Positions 1-9,463 of a DNA stretch of 64,000 bases are shown here, piece by piece. The stretch comes from an uncultured Alphaproteobacteria bacterium (GTDB lineage Bacteria > Pseudomonadota > Alphaproteobacteria > Rs-D84), in assembly GCA_944392815.1 (NCBI GenBank), contig CALXXY010000001.1, positions 192,001 to 256,000 on the forward strand, read 5' to 3'. Numbering within the stretch: position 1 is the first letter of the stretch; each line of letters begins with the position of its first letter. The position numbers were made by a program, and so were the translations under genes. The notes under the pieces were generated by a model that worked only from the letters and a program-made list of their open reading frames with translations, made no database searches and was not told the origin of the DNA.

Positions 1-140
1 CTTGCATGGGGGCATGCCCTGTGATGGCGATATCCACGGGCCCAGACGGCAAATGTGTGATTGATCCGGCAAAATGTATTTCATGCGGTACGTGCGCGGC
101 TGTATGCCCAGTGGCGGCAATTGCCCCGGACGCAAAATAA
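1..140 (+). CDS. 4Fe-4S dicluster ferredoxin, C-terminal part (runs off the window start)
   Basis: Manual translation from nt 3: CMGACPVMAISTGPDGKCVIDPAKCISCGTCAAVCPVAAIAPDAK*; CxxCxxCxxxCP motif. Confidence 0.9.
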   Translation, partial: CMGACPVMAISTGPDGKCVIDPAKCISCGTCAAVCPVAAIAPDAK

Positions 141-159
141 ATATGACATTGCGTTGAAT

Positions 160-185
160 AAAACGGGGGTTCGCCCCCGTTTTTA
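160..185 (+). terminator. Rho-independent terminator
   Basis: AAAACGGGGG-TTCG-CCCCCGTTTTT hairpin after the ferredoxin. Confidence 0.8.
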
Positions 186-252
186 TTGTAAAAAATGTTG
201 CAAACAAACAAATTCTGTATAACAATACATCGGTAAAATTTGGGGGTATAAA

Positions 253-1614
253 ATGCCAGCGAAAACAGTTAATGATATCGTCGCATTATGCAAACGGCGT
301 GGTTTTATTTTTACAGGTTCTGAAATCTATGGCGGAATGGGCGGCACATACGATTATGGCCCATATGGTGTGGAATTAATGAAAAATATCCGCAACGCAT
401 GGTGGAATTCTATGATTTATTCCCGTAATGATATAGAGGGACTGGAGGCCGCAGTCATAACCAACCGTTTAATGTGGAAATATTCTGGGCATGAATCCAG
501 TTTTTCTGATCCACTGGTTGAATGTAAAAAATGCGGTGCCCGCATGCGCCAGGATAAAATGCGCGACCAAACAAAATGCGATAATTGTGGCAGTACTGAT
601 TTAACCCCGCCACGCGCGTATCAGTTGATGATGGGGCTGTCAATCGGCGCAACGGCTGATGGTGAAATAAACGCGTATTTGCGGCCGGAAACTGCGACAA
701 CGACATACGTTAATTTTAAAAATGTTTTGGACGCGTGTCCGCATAAATTGCCGTTTGGTATCGCCCAAATTGGCAAAGCGTTCCGTAATGAAATTTCACC
801 GCGTGGATTCGTGTTCCGCATGCGTGAATTTGAACAGGCCGAAATGCAATATTTCGTTAATCCTGCGGACGACGAAAAATATTTTGAAATGTGGAAAAAA
901 ATCCGTATGGCATGGTGGATTGACGTATTGGGAATACCTGCGAACAAATTGCGTTTCACACCACATGAAAAATTGGCCCATTATGCCAAGGCCGCCGGCG
1001 ACATCGAATACGAATTCCCCGACGGATTCGACGAAGTCGAAGGTATCCATAACCGCCAGGATTTTGACCTGGGGTCGCATACAAAATCGCAAAACGAATT
1101 CAAAATCAATGCCCGCGTTATGGAAAATCGCGACAGTACTGTAAAATTGGCATACAGTGATCCGCAAACGGGCGAAAGTTTTATCCCGTACGTTATTGAA
1201 ACGGCCATGGGGGTAAATCGCGCCATGTTCGCGGTTATGCTGGACGCATATACCGAAGAACAATTGCCGGACGGGAAATCACGCGTGGTGCTGAAATTAA
1301 AACCTGCGCTGGCCCCGGTAAAGGCCGCGGTTATACCGTTGGCGCGCAACGTGCCTGAATTGGTGACAATTGCGAACAATATTGAAAACGATTTGCGTAA
1401 ATTACATATTGGCCGCATAGAATTGGAAAATTCCGGCAACATCGGTAAAAATTACCGCAGACATGACGAAATCGGCACGCCGGTGTGCATAACTGTCGAC
1501 CACCAAACTATGGAGGATAACACCGTCACCCTGCGTCATCGTGATTCCATGCAACAGGAACGCGTGGCGGTATCTGATGTGCCGCGTCGCGTGATGGAAA
1601 TAATAAACGGGTAA
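253..1614 (+). CDS. glyQS: Glycine--tRNA ligase, homodimeric (alpha2) class IIa type
   Basis: CKRRGF..SEIYGG..YDYGP, YLRPETA, IAQIGKAFRNEISP..FRMREFEQAE, C-terminal anticodon domain IGKNYRRHDEIGTP. Confidence 0.95.
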   Translation: MPAKTVNDIVALCKRRGFIFTGSEIYGGMGGTYDYGPYGVELMKNIRNAWWNSMIYSRNDIEGLEAAVITNRLMWKYSGHESSFSDPLVECKKCGARMRQDKMRDQTKCDNCGSTDLTPPRAYQLMMGLSIGATADGEINAYLRPETATTTYVNFKNVLDACPHKLPFGIAQIGKAFRNEISPRGFVFRMREFEQAEMQYFVNPADDEKYFEMWKKIRMAWWIDVLGIPANKLRFTPHEKLAHYAKAAGDIEYEFPDGFDEVEGIHNRQDFDLGSHTKSQNEFKINARVMENRDSTVKLAYSDPQTGESFIPYVIETAMGVNRAMFAVMLDAYTEEQLPDGKSRVVLKLKPALAPVKAAVIPLARNVPELVTIANNIENDLRKLHIGRIELENSGNIGKNYRRHDEIGTPVCITVDHQTMEDNTVTLRHRDSMQQERVAVSDVPRRVMEIING

Positions 1615-1616
1615 AT

Positions 1617-1646
1617 AAAAATCCCGCCGTATGGCGGGATTTTTAT
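1617..1646. terminator. Bidirectional terminator
   Basis: AAAAATCCCGCC-GTAT-GGCGGGATTTTT between convergent genes. Confidence 0.8.
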
Positions 1647-3385
1647 TATTCCTGCTCGGGCACAACGGACATTGCGGGAATGGCCACTGTATCGTTATAT
1701 TTACTTAAATATCTGTCGCCTGTAATGCAATATACAGTTGTCAAAGAATCCGTGTATTCACGCGACGCGGCCGTCCAACGATTTTGAACGTCCAATTGTG
1801 CGCCCTGGTACCCGGACAGACCGCCCAACGCACCACCAACACCCGCACCAATCAATGTGCCTTTCAGGCGGGCTTTGTTGCCAAAATCAATCAAACCGCC
1901 GTCGGTGGCACTTTCCTTCATGGGATAAAAATTATCGAAATCATCTTGTAAATCATCGGGCAATGTATATGCCGTGCCATTACCAGAACGTCCGTAAATT
2001 GTTTTCCCGGCACTGCGGGTTGATTTCCATTCGGACCAATCTTCGCTGGACAGTCCAAACGCCCGATCGTCCATTTCAACCATGGCGGCAATTTGACGGT
2101 CAATTGTGCCCGCCCCAGATTCAATCGGCGTGAACACCCCGGTGCCACTGACGATATTATCCGTTTGTTCGCCATCGGGAATTATGACCATTTTGCCATT
2201 TTGGTTGGACATGTAATAACGCAAACTGATATCTTCGTTAACCTTGGTTTCCAGTTCGGCTGTGTCGATATCTTCGATATCCCTGCCCGGGAATGCGGTT
2301 AATTTAACCGACACCAGTTCCTGGTCTGTACAGCCATCTGTTGGGTCGCAAACATATGTTTCACGGGTCGTCACGTTGTAATATGCAGTTTGATCCGCAT
2401 CCAATGGCTTTGGCGTCACCAACGCCCCCCACAAACATGTCGTGTCATGTCCGTCAATGGTACATTTTTCAATACGCAACACAGAATCACCAGATGCCGC
2501 CATGTTGCCAACAACCCCACCGGCCGCGGCATTAACCCCAACGGACAAAATCGTATCGCCGGCCACTTTGCCCGCATACGCATTGCCGGCCATTAATGCA
2601 CCGCCAGACAATGCGCCGATAACTGTATTTTGTATTTTTCCCTGGTCCGTGCCCAATAAACTGCTGTTGCCTGGGTCGTTTGCGCCACTCATATTCCCGC
2701 CCAGTCCACCAATTATCACACCGGCCGCGATTTTCAGGCCCGCGTTTTTCTTTTGTTCCTGGTTCATTTGGGCAATCACATCGTCCATAGTCGGGGCGTT
2801 ATCCGCCGGGAAAGTAAAACTTTCGACCGCACTGGCAATCATTGTTGATTCCGGGAAAGATGAAATATTGCATTTTATGCTGTCGCCGGCCGCCAAATTC
2901 GCCCGTGCCAAAACCAAATCAGTGCCGTTTGGGCCGGCCTGGTACCCGCGCAATTCAACAACCGCCACGCATGTATCCGCACCACCAACCCCCGCACCAA
3001 CGGTTGGGGCGTCCCACGCGAATTCACCATTCGGATATATCATCGCGCATCGGGCTAAACGATCGTACGCCGCGGAATCCGTACTGGACGCAGAAATTTC
3101 CTGGGCCAAATCAGCGTCGGCCACGCGAACAGGCAAATTATTTTCAACATCTGTTGATGGGGTCACGACAGTCGGGGTTTCTGTGGTTTGCACGGGCGTG
3201 TTCAGGGCATTGACCTGTTGATACGCCTGGGCATAACTGCGCGAATGATTACCAACACGCATGGCCGCAAACGTCATCGTCGGCACGACGCCAATTAACG
3301 CCGCAAACAAAGAATAGTGAATAATCGCACGTTTTGTATTCATGTATTCTGCCCCCACCGCGCCGAATTTATGGCGCGCCCCCAT
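1646..3385 (-). CDS. Hypothetical exported protein with glycine-zipper-like segments and paired Cys (alternative start 3343)
   Basis: 579-aa ORF; signal-peptide-like N-terminus; GxxxG-rich hydrophobic stretches (AAGVIIGGLGG, GAGVGGALGG). Confidence 0.75.
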   Translation of the reverse strand: MGARHKFGAVGAEYMNTKRAIIHYSLFAALIGVVPTMTFAAMRVGNHSRSYAQAYQQVNALNTPVQTTETPTVVTPSTDVENNLPVRVADADLAQEISASSTDSAAYDRLARCAMIYPNGEFAWDAPTVGAGVGGADTCVAVVELRGYQAGPNGTDLVLARANLAAGDSIKCNISSFPESTMIASAVESFTFPADNAPTMDDVIAQMNQEQKKNAGLKIAAGVIIGGLGGNMSGANDPGNSSLLGTDQGKIQNTVIGALSGGALMAGNAYAGKVAGDTILSVGVNAAAGGVVGNMAASGDSVLRIEKCTIDGHDTTCLWGALVTPKPLDADQTAYYNVTTRETYVCDPTDGCTDQELVSVKLTAFPGRDIEDIDTAELETKVNEDISLRYYMSNQNGKMVIIPDGEQTDNIVSGTGVFTPIESGAGTIDRQIAAMVEMDDRAFGLSSEDWSEWKSTRSAGKTIYGRSGNGTAYTLPDDLQDDFDNFYPMKESATDGGLIDFGNKARLKGTLIGAGVGGALGGLSGYQGAQLDVQNRWTAASREYTDSLTTVYCITGDRYLSKYNDTVAIPAMSVVPEQE

Positions 3386-3393
3386 TAAAAATA

Positions 3394-4485
3394 TCAGAAC
3401 TGCAAACGCAAACGCAGGCCCAGGTCAATCATGCTTAAACGGCCACCCTCGTACCAATTGGTGTAATGATACACACTGTCGTACGGGGCGGGGTATTCCA
3501 TACCTGCGCCGTCGCCCAGCCATTCTGTTTGTGAAACGATGATACTGCCAGATGTTCTGACACGCCCCAAATTAGTATATCTGACAAAGAAATCGATTTT
3601 AATTCCACCGTCCATTTCAGTGGTCAGGCCGCCTTCGACCATGAATGCAAACTGTTCAGATGTGCCGCCATTATGATACGCGTACACGTCCGAAATACCG
3701 GTTAAATCACCGGCACCAGCCACACTGGGGTCCATTTCGGAATAAAAAGTGTTATCATATACAACATAGTCGGCAATGGTGTTCAATGAAATACCAGCAC
3801 CCACACCGACATACGGGCGCAACATACCACCGGCCAAATATCCCGTGTACGAATCGATATTATAATACACGTTCAACATTGTTGCGTTTGCGGTGATGGC
3901 GCCGCCCTCTACTGTGGCATCGACATAGCCACCAACACCGTCGGCGGATTTAACCATTGACGGATACGCAATTCCCGAATAACGCAGATATCCAAAATCC
4001 ACGCGCAAATCATTATTAATCGACGCACCAACCGACAATTGCAGTGGAATCACTGTGTCGGTGGCGAAATCGGCCTCTTGAAAAGCGCCGGGGACGAATT
4101 GGCCACCCTCTTCGTCCATATAGTCGGACAAAACCGTGCCGCTGACACTGGCCGAATAACCAACAGACAAACCAACGTACAGACCACTGTCCGCCAAACG
4201 GTCGAAATCAGTGGGCTGATAATATTGACGGCCCGCGACCGTGGTGGTTGCGGTTGTTGCATTTGAACCAACACGCGGCAAAGTGCCCGTCACCCGTGTG
4301 GGATTGGCAACATTTGGGTTGTTTGTTTGCATAACAGTCCCGCTGGCGGTTGGTAATAACACAACCTGGCCCGCGGCATTTGTGCCCTGATACCCGGAAT
4401 AAACAGGATATGTCGCAGCATTTGCCACGCCGTGCGCGCCAAACAAAACACCCGTCAATGCCGCAAGAAAGCCGACTTTTTTCAT
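3394..4485 (-). CDS. Outer-membrane beta-barrel protein (opacity/OmpA-like)
   Basis: Signal peptide; GLYVGLSVGY, RPYVGVGAG; ends LGLRLRLQF (BAM-type terminal Phe). Confidence 0.8.
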   Translation of the reverse strand: MKKVGFLAALTGVLFGAHGVANAATYPVYSGYQGTNAAGQVVLLPTASGTVMQTNNPNVANPTRVTGTLPRVGSNATTATTTVAGRQYYQPTDFDRLADSGLYVGLSVGYSASVSGTVLSDYMDEEGGQFVPGAFQEADFATDTVIPLQLSVGASINNDLRVDFGYLRYSGIAYPSMVKSADGVGGYVDATVEGGAITANATMLNVYYNIDSYTGYLAGGMLRPYVGVGAGISLNTIADYVVYDNTFYSEMDPSVAGAGDLTGISDVYAYHNGGTSEQFAFMVEGGLTTEMDGGIKIDFFVRYTNLGRVRTSGSIIVSQTEWLGDGAGMEYPAPYDSVYHYTNWYEGGRLSMIDLGLRLRLQF

Positions 4486-4559
4486 TGCCTTTCCATTTTC
4501 CTTTTATGCCATTATACCACAAAAATATTCGCGATAAAAGCATTTTCACGGCCACATAA

Positions 4560-4589
4560 TAAAATACCCCGCGGATGCGGGGTATTTTT
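4560..4589 (-). terminator. Rho-independent terminator
   Basis: AAAATACCCCGC-GGAT-GCGGGGTATTTT. Confidence 0.7.
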
Positions 4590-4622
4590 GTCCAATATAA
4601 GTTAATTCAGTTTTTTTTCGTA

Positions 4623-5624
4623 TTAGAACGCCAGGTTCAAACGAACACCAACCTCGGCCTTGACATCTGTGCCGTTTTGAGAGTTGGCATGCGCTTCGTC
4701 GAATGTGTATTCGCCGTACACAGCAACCTGGACATTGTCTGTCAATTGATTTGCCGCAGACAGTGTGACGATGTATTCATCGAAACCATCGTTCATGTCG
4801 GACAGTGGGGCAATAATCCCACTTGCCACCGCATTCCCCATTGCGTCTAATTCTGTAGCCAAACTTTTAACACCATTGTCGGCGTGGTGATTATATTTGA
4901 ATCCCGCACCGAATGACCAGCGGTCGTTTAACTGATAAAATGCGTTCAAACCAAAGTTAACCTCGGTTGTGGATTTCAGGTTAACAGAAATCTCACTCGG
5001 GATACCAGCCGCTGCCAACGCGCCCCTCATTTCAGCATTCAAGCCAGCAATATCAATCACGTTGTTGCTGTTGCCGAATGTTTTCAGAACTTCCACAAAC
5101 GCGCTGGTGGTCAATTTGCTCCAAGTTTTACCAAAGCGAACACCGGCGTCAAAGCCCCAGCGGCCGTTGGAATAGTTGTCATACTGGAAACCACGTTCCA
5201 ATGTGTACGCGCCGCGCATTTTGTTAATGCCGCCCAGGTGTGCGTCTGCATAGATATCCAACACGATATCGTCGGACGTTTCAATCGCACGCCAAATCAG
5301 ACCAAAACGGCCGTGATTCATGCCCTTGCGATCAATGTCGGCGTCATGTGTGTATGCGAATGCACCACGAATTGCGATACGGTCTGTGATACCGATACCC
5401 AAATCTTCCTGGATACGCCAAATTGGGAATTCTGTTGCGCCATCGTGACCCTTTTTAACATGGGCATCTGAACTGTCCGCAACCTTTAACATCAATCCGC
5501 CCGATGTTTTCGAATAGAATTCGCCAGCGGTCGGCATATACAACGGATTTTCCAAATTAGCAGCCATCGCAGGTGTTGCCAAAACAGATGCAGCAACCGC
5601 CAATTTTAAACTTTTTTTCATCAT
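4623..5624 (-). CDS. Outer-membrane beta-barrel protein, porin-like
   Basis: Signal peptide ending ..PAMA; amphipathic strands; ends VGVRLNLAF; AAGGAG RBS. Confidence 0.8.
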   Translation of the reverse strand: MMKKSLKLAVAASVLATPAMAANLENPLYMPTAGEFYSKTSGGLMLKVADSSDAHVKKGHDGATEFPIWRIQEDLGIGITDRIAIRGAFAYTHDADIDRKGMNHGRFGLIWRAIETSDDIVLDIYADAHLGGINKMRGAYTLERGFQYDNYSNGRWGFDAGVRFGKTWSKLTTSAFVEVLKTFGNSNNVIDIAGLNAEMRGALAAAGIPSEISVNLKSTTEVNFGLNAFYQLNDRWSFGAGFKYNHHADNGVKSLATELDAMGNAVASGIIAPLSDMNDGFDEYIVTLSAANQLTDNVQVAVYGEYTFDEAHANSQNGTDVKAEVGVRLNLAF

Positions 5625-5866
5625 TTAACTCCTTGGTTTCGATGAAATGAATCACACGGCCCCCATTATTGGCAAGACCGCGGGTCATATCCGCCCCGCC
5701 CATTATTGGCAACAGCGCGTTTTTGTGATATGGCCGTTGTACAGGGTGCTATATTCTGTGAATAAAGTCAAAGGCAAAATATTTTGTCCCGAAATTATTG
5801 ACAAACATGCTGGACGCACTATATCAGTTTGATGTGGTGGGGATTATTTAACCAAAGGGGGCGAAT

Positions 5867-6418
5867 ATGGCCGACAAATTCAACGAATATATGCAAATTA
5901 TCGCTGGGGCAAATCCCCAAAAAAGCAACACCAAACAATTATCTGACGCGGACAAGAAAAAATTATCGTCCAACTATTTCGAATTGTTTTATAACCTGAC
6001 CGCAACAAATTGGCTGCGCGGTGGGAATCTGGGACGGGCATGGTATGTCGCACTGAACCAGATGAAACAATATATAACGACCCAGGCACCAAATAATCCG
6101 GCCGCCATGTACCTGCGCCAGGTATTCGCCGCGCATAACACGCGTTGGGCGCAAATCATGATGACCAGTCCACACAGAAACGACACAATTGACGCGCCGG
6201 CTGACAAGCGCGCTGAATGGACTGCGCGGGTTGCACAAAAAACAACCGCCGCGTTAAATGATTTGAATTCTGTATTGGCGCAATATCGTGTGGATACAAA
6301 AACTCAACAGGCGAACATCGCCACCAAACAGGCCGCTATGCGCACCGCGGTGCAAAATATACAAATGCAGATTTTAATGCAAATGAAGCGTCAGCAAAAC
6401 GGCGGTATGGCCGCATAA
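5867..6418 (+). CDS. Hypothetical protein
   Basis: 183-aa ORF with AAAGGGGG RBS and a downstream terminator. Confidence 0.7.
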   Translation: MADKFNEYMQIIAGANPQKSNTKQLSDADKKKLSSNYFELFYNLTATNWLRGGNLGRAWYVALNQMKQYITTQAPNNPAAMYLRQVFAAHNTRWAQIMMTSPHRNDTIDAPADKRAEWTARVAQKTTAALNDLNSVLAQYRVDTKTQQANIATKQAAMRTAVQNIQMQILMQMKRQQNGGMAA

Positions 6419-6444
6419 AACACACGGGGCATACGCCCCGTTTT

Positions 6445-7686
6445 TTATTTATGCGCGTATGCCAATGTATACGGCACCAATGCGTCCGTGGAACCATTAA
6501 ACCAGGCACGCGGAATTATCAAACTGTTATGCTGGCCCGCCGACATTTTGGGCAATGTATCACCATTTTTCGCATTAATAATTTGTGGCAATGACACTGA
6601 TATATCATTCGTACTGTGCGGAACGATGAATTTGATTTCGGCGCCCCGACGTATTTCGTTGCGCAATTCCAATGTGATTTTTTCCGTGTCCACAGACGTA
6701 ATAACCCCGGCCGCATGGTAATCTGACGTTGAACGCGCCGTTTCATAATTCTGGGCGTCTGGGCCGGCCGCGCCATTGAAAAATGCCGTGGTGTATCCGC
6801 GCGTTTCCAGGCGTTCCAATTCCGCCATAAATGGCGCAGGGTCAAATTCCGCCGGGTTGCGCGCATACGCGTCCAAAGCCGCACGATATGCGTGCACAAC
6901 CGCACCAACGTAATATTCACTGCGATTGCGGCCTTCGATTTTCAAAGAATCTGGTCGCGATTCAATTACATCGCGCAATACAGGCATTAAACACAAATCG
7001 CGTGCGTTCATGATGTATGTGCCACGGTCGTCCTGATCAATTGGCATTTCAATGCCTGTTTCGTGTTCGCGCAAAATTACGTCGTATTTCCACCGGCATA
7101 ATTGCGCGCACGCACCGCGGTTGGCCGGGCGACCTGTGATAAAATTAGACAACAGGCAACGCCCAGAATAACTCATGCACATGGCGCCATGGACAAAAAT
7201 TTCCAGCCCCATATCAGGACATTTTTCACGAATGATTTTAAATTCGCTGTGCGAAACCTCGCGCGCAAGGACGCACAACCGCGCCCCTGCATTTTGCCAA
7301 AATTTAACCGCGGCGGCCGAACAAATGTTTGCCTGGGTCGATACATGTATGGGCATGTCGGGGTGGTGTTCGCGCACCCACATCATGACCCCTGGATCGG
7401 ATACTATCAGGGCGTCGGGCCGCAAATAGTTGATTGTATCGCTGACGCGGGACATATTTTCAAAATCACGTTCATGCGCAAACAGATTGAACGCCAGGTA
7501 CACTTTGCGTCCCGCACTGTGCGCCAACGCTATGCCGGCGTGAACCTCGTCCGTGGTGATTTTTGCACGCGCCCGCATGGAAAACCCGGGCAGTCCCGCA
7601 TAAACAGCGTCTGCGCCATATAAAATGGCCGTTTTAAACGCGTCCAGCGTGCCCGCCGGCGCCAATAACTCAGGTAATTTTATCAT
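6445..7686 (-). CDS. trhP: U32 family peptidase, tRNA hydroxylation protein TrhP/YegQ-like
   Basis: PELLAPAG, HVSTQAN, EIFVHGAMCMSYSGRCLLS..NRGACAQLCRW, SLKIEGR. Confidence 0.85.
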   Translation of the reverse strand: MIKLPELLAPAGTLDAFKTAILYGADAVYAGLPGFSMRARAKITTDEVHAGIALAHSAGRKVYLAFNLFAHERDFENMSRVSDTINYLRPDALIVSDPGVMMWVREHHPDMPIHVSTQANICSAAAVKFWQNAGARLCVLAREVSHSEFKIIREKCPDMGLEIFVHGAMCMSYSGRCLLSNFITGRPANRGACAQLCRWKYDVILREHETGIEMPIDQDDRGTYIMNARDLCLMPVLRDVIESRPDSLKIEGRNRSEYYVGAVVHAYRAALDAYARNPAEFDPAPFMAELERLETRGYTTAFFNGAAGPDAQNYETARSTSDYHAAGVITSVDTEKITLELRNEIRRGAEIKFIVPHSTNDISVSLPQIINAKNGDTLPKMSAGQHNSLIIPRAWFNGSTDALVPYTLAYAHK

Positions 7687-7744
7687 AGTAATTATATTTT
7701 TAACTGTTATTTGCACAATGCAAGCATTTTGTGAATTTTTTAAC

Positions 7745-7773
7745 TTGAAATTTGTGCGTGCACAATGTATAGT
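7745..7773 (+). promoter_or_regulatory. Sigma70-type promoter of tRNA-Thr
   Basis: TTGAAA-17 bp-TATAGT, 10 bp upstream of the tRNA. Confidence 0.65.
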
Positions 7774-7783
7774 ATGCCACGTT

Positions 7784-7859
7784 GCCAGTTTAGCTCAGCT
7801 GGTAGAGCATCTGATTTGTAATCAGAGGGTCGTTGGTTCAAGTCCGACAACTGGCACCA
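7784..7859 (+). tRNA. tRNA-Thr(TGT)
   Basis: GCCAGTT/AACTGGC acceptor stem; anticodon arm TCTGA-TT-TGT-AA-TCAGA; GGTTCAAGTCC; encoded CCA. Confidence 0.97.
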
Positions 7860-7861
7860 GA
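7810..7861 (+). repeat. attL core (3' part of tRNA-Thr)
   Basis: TCTGATTTGTAATCAGAGGGTCGTTGGTTCAAGTCCGACAACTGGCACCAGA, identical to 22207-22258. Confidence 0.95.
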
Positions 7862-7865
7862 ATAT

Positions 7866-7889
7866 GTCCCTGATATCAGGGACTTTTTC
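7866..7889 (+). terminator. Island-supplied terminator for tRNA-Thr
   Basis: GTCCCTGATATCAGGGAC palindrome followed by TTTTT. Confidence 0.7.
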
Positions 7890-7928
7890 ATTTTTATACT
7901 TAAATATTCCCTGCCCTTTATTTATTTT

Positions 7929-7950
7929 TTTGCTACCTATTTGCTACTGA
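7929..7950 (+). repeat. Putative integrase arm-type sites (2x TTTGCTAC)
   Basis: TTTGCTACCTATTTGCTACTGA; the same motif occurs four times at 22062-22110. Confidence 0.7.
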
Positions 7951-8013
7951 GAACATTTAAAATTGTTCTGTATTATTATTGAATATTATATATTTTTATA
8001 TATCATACAACCT

Positions 8014-8568
8014 ATGAGAAACTTAACAGCGTCTATAATTTTCATTTTTTTAATCATAATTGTCGGAATCGCCCTATTCTTTCAAATTATGTATAGCGAC
8101 AGATCTACTTTAGGCATGTTCATTGTAACAGCAATGGCGGCTTTAGGGACTTGTGGTGTAACTATTTTAAATATATTCCCTTATATTCCAAAAGACAAAC
8201 TAACTGCAGTCCTGTGCTATCGCAACAAAAAGCTTTGGATATTGGTAACTAACCATACAAACCACACTGTTTATCTTGGGATGGATAAATACCCTATTGC
8301 AGAATATCCAGATGCATTTGCTTTATGGTGGAAAACGAATAAAAATTGCAATGAGCTAAATTCAAATCCTATTCTAACAAATCCTGGAGACAATGTAGCC
8401 ATACCTCCTAAAGTAACAGTTGGCTATCCAATTAACCATAAAATTTTTAGAAAAAATGATCTAAACAAGATAAAAATTGTCGTCTGTACAAGTTCTGGAT
8501 ATAGAATTAATGTAGAAAAAAGATTAAATAAAAAAAAGAACAACAATGTCAACAAACAACATTCTTGA
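8014..8568 (+). CDS. Hypothetical membrane protein (two N-terminal TM helices)
   Basis: ORF track 7963..8568; likely ATG start at 8014; hydrophobic N-terminus. Confidence 0.65.
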   Translation: MRNLTASIIFIFLIIIVGIALFFQIMYSDRSTLGMFIVTAMAALGTCGVTILNIFPYIPKDKLTAVLCYRNKKLWILVTNHTNHTVYLGMDKYPIAEYPDAFALWWKTNKNCNELNSNPILTNPGDNVAIPPKVTVGYPINHKIFRKNDLNKIKIVVCTSSGYRINVEKRLNKKKNNNVNKQHS

Positions 8569-9058
8569 AGTTCCTTTGAAAGCTCACTTATTATCTTCAA
8601 AAGAAGAAAATAATAAACAGCATGACGCTGATTTAATAGAACGAGAAAAAGCGCTGTTTCAAAAATACGGGTTAACACGACCTGCCCAACTATCCCCAGA
8701 CACCAGAAAACTTATCCAACTAATGGCAGTGGACTTAAACATAAATGGATTTAAGACAGCAAACGAAGTTAAACCGTGTGGTCGACCAAATAAATGGAAA
8801 GAAATAGATGTTATTTTATTATTCGGAATACGAGTATACCTTATGCAGCAAAAACATCCTACTTATACTTTGGTAAATATTATAAACCATGTCTCCAAGA
8901 AGTATTATCCGGACGAAAATCCCAAAAGCCTGTACACACGATATCATGAAATTTTTAACAATAGCGTTAACACAAAATTAATAACATACATAAAACAAAC
9001 AATATCCAACAAAAACATAGAAGAATTAGAAAAACAACTTTCCAATATACAACAATAA
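8546..9058 (+). CDS. Hypothetical protein, possibly DNA-binding
   Basis: 170-aa ORF; GRPNKW motif followed by a helical, HTH-like region; lies upstream of the excisionase-like gene. Confidence 0.6.
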   Translation: MSTNNILEVPLKAHLLSSKEENNKQHDADLIEREKALFQKYGLTRPAQLSPDTRKLIQLMAVDLNINGFKTANEVKPCGRPNKWKEIDVILLFGIRVYLMQQKHPTYTLVNIINHVSKKYYPDENPKSLYTRYHEIFNNSVNTKLITYIKQTISNKNIEELEKQLSNIQQ

Positions 9059-9060
9059 TC

Positions 9061-9135
9061 GTTATACGAAAAACAAATCAGAATATTCGTATACGTTTTT
9101 TGTTATACGAATATTATTTTCCTTTATCCGTATAA
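9061..9135. promoter_or_regulatory. Putative operator array (TATACG repeats in alternating orientation)
   Basis: Perfect 12-bp inverted repeat AATATTCGTATA (9082-9093) / TATACGAATATT (9104-9115), plus outer copies at 9062 and 9129. Confidence 0.5.
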
Positions 9136-9176
9136 ATCCGCCTTTTATGATTTTTTTGAATTTAAAAGGAGGATAA

Positions 9177-9383
9177 ATGAACAATGAAACATTAAATTCA
9201 TCGGCTTTAATGGATCAGCGCGCTGCTGCCGCATACCTGGGAACTACTGTAGGCACTTTGAACACATGGCGACATTATGGAAAACAAAAAATACCATTTA
9301 TGCGCTGGGACAATTGCATACGATACAGAAAAGAAGATTTAGATGCATTTATTGCCAAGAACATAGAAAATCCGATTGAATAA
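9177..9383 (+). CDS. Excisionase-like helix-turn-helix protein (HTH_17/AlpA-like)
   Basis: LMDQRAAAAYLGTTVGTLNTWR..IPFMR..IRYRKEDLDAFI; strong AAGGAGG RBS. Confidence 0.85.
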   Translation: MNNETLNSSALMDQRAAAAYLGTTVGTLNTWRHYGKQKIPFMRWDNCIRYRKEDLDAFIAKNIENPIE

Positions 9384-9463
9384 AAATAATACTCTAATCT
9401 AGCTTGACTATCAGGTTGTGCCGCATATGGCTATTCCTGATATCATGCTTTTTTCAATAAGAT

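Noticed and set aside
455-7623. Overlapping alternative-frame ORFs (e.g. 2442..3221, 981..1442, 7102..7623)
   Set aside because: They are antisense or out-of-frame shadows of longer, motif-supported CDSs.
7929-7950. TTTGCTAC repeats as a CRISPR or iteron array
   Set aside because: They are 8-bp units in pairs near both att ends, which fits integrase arm sites better.
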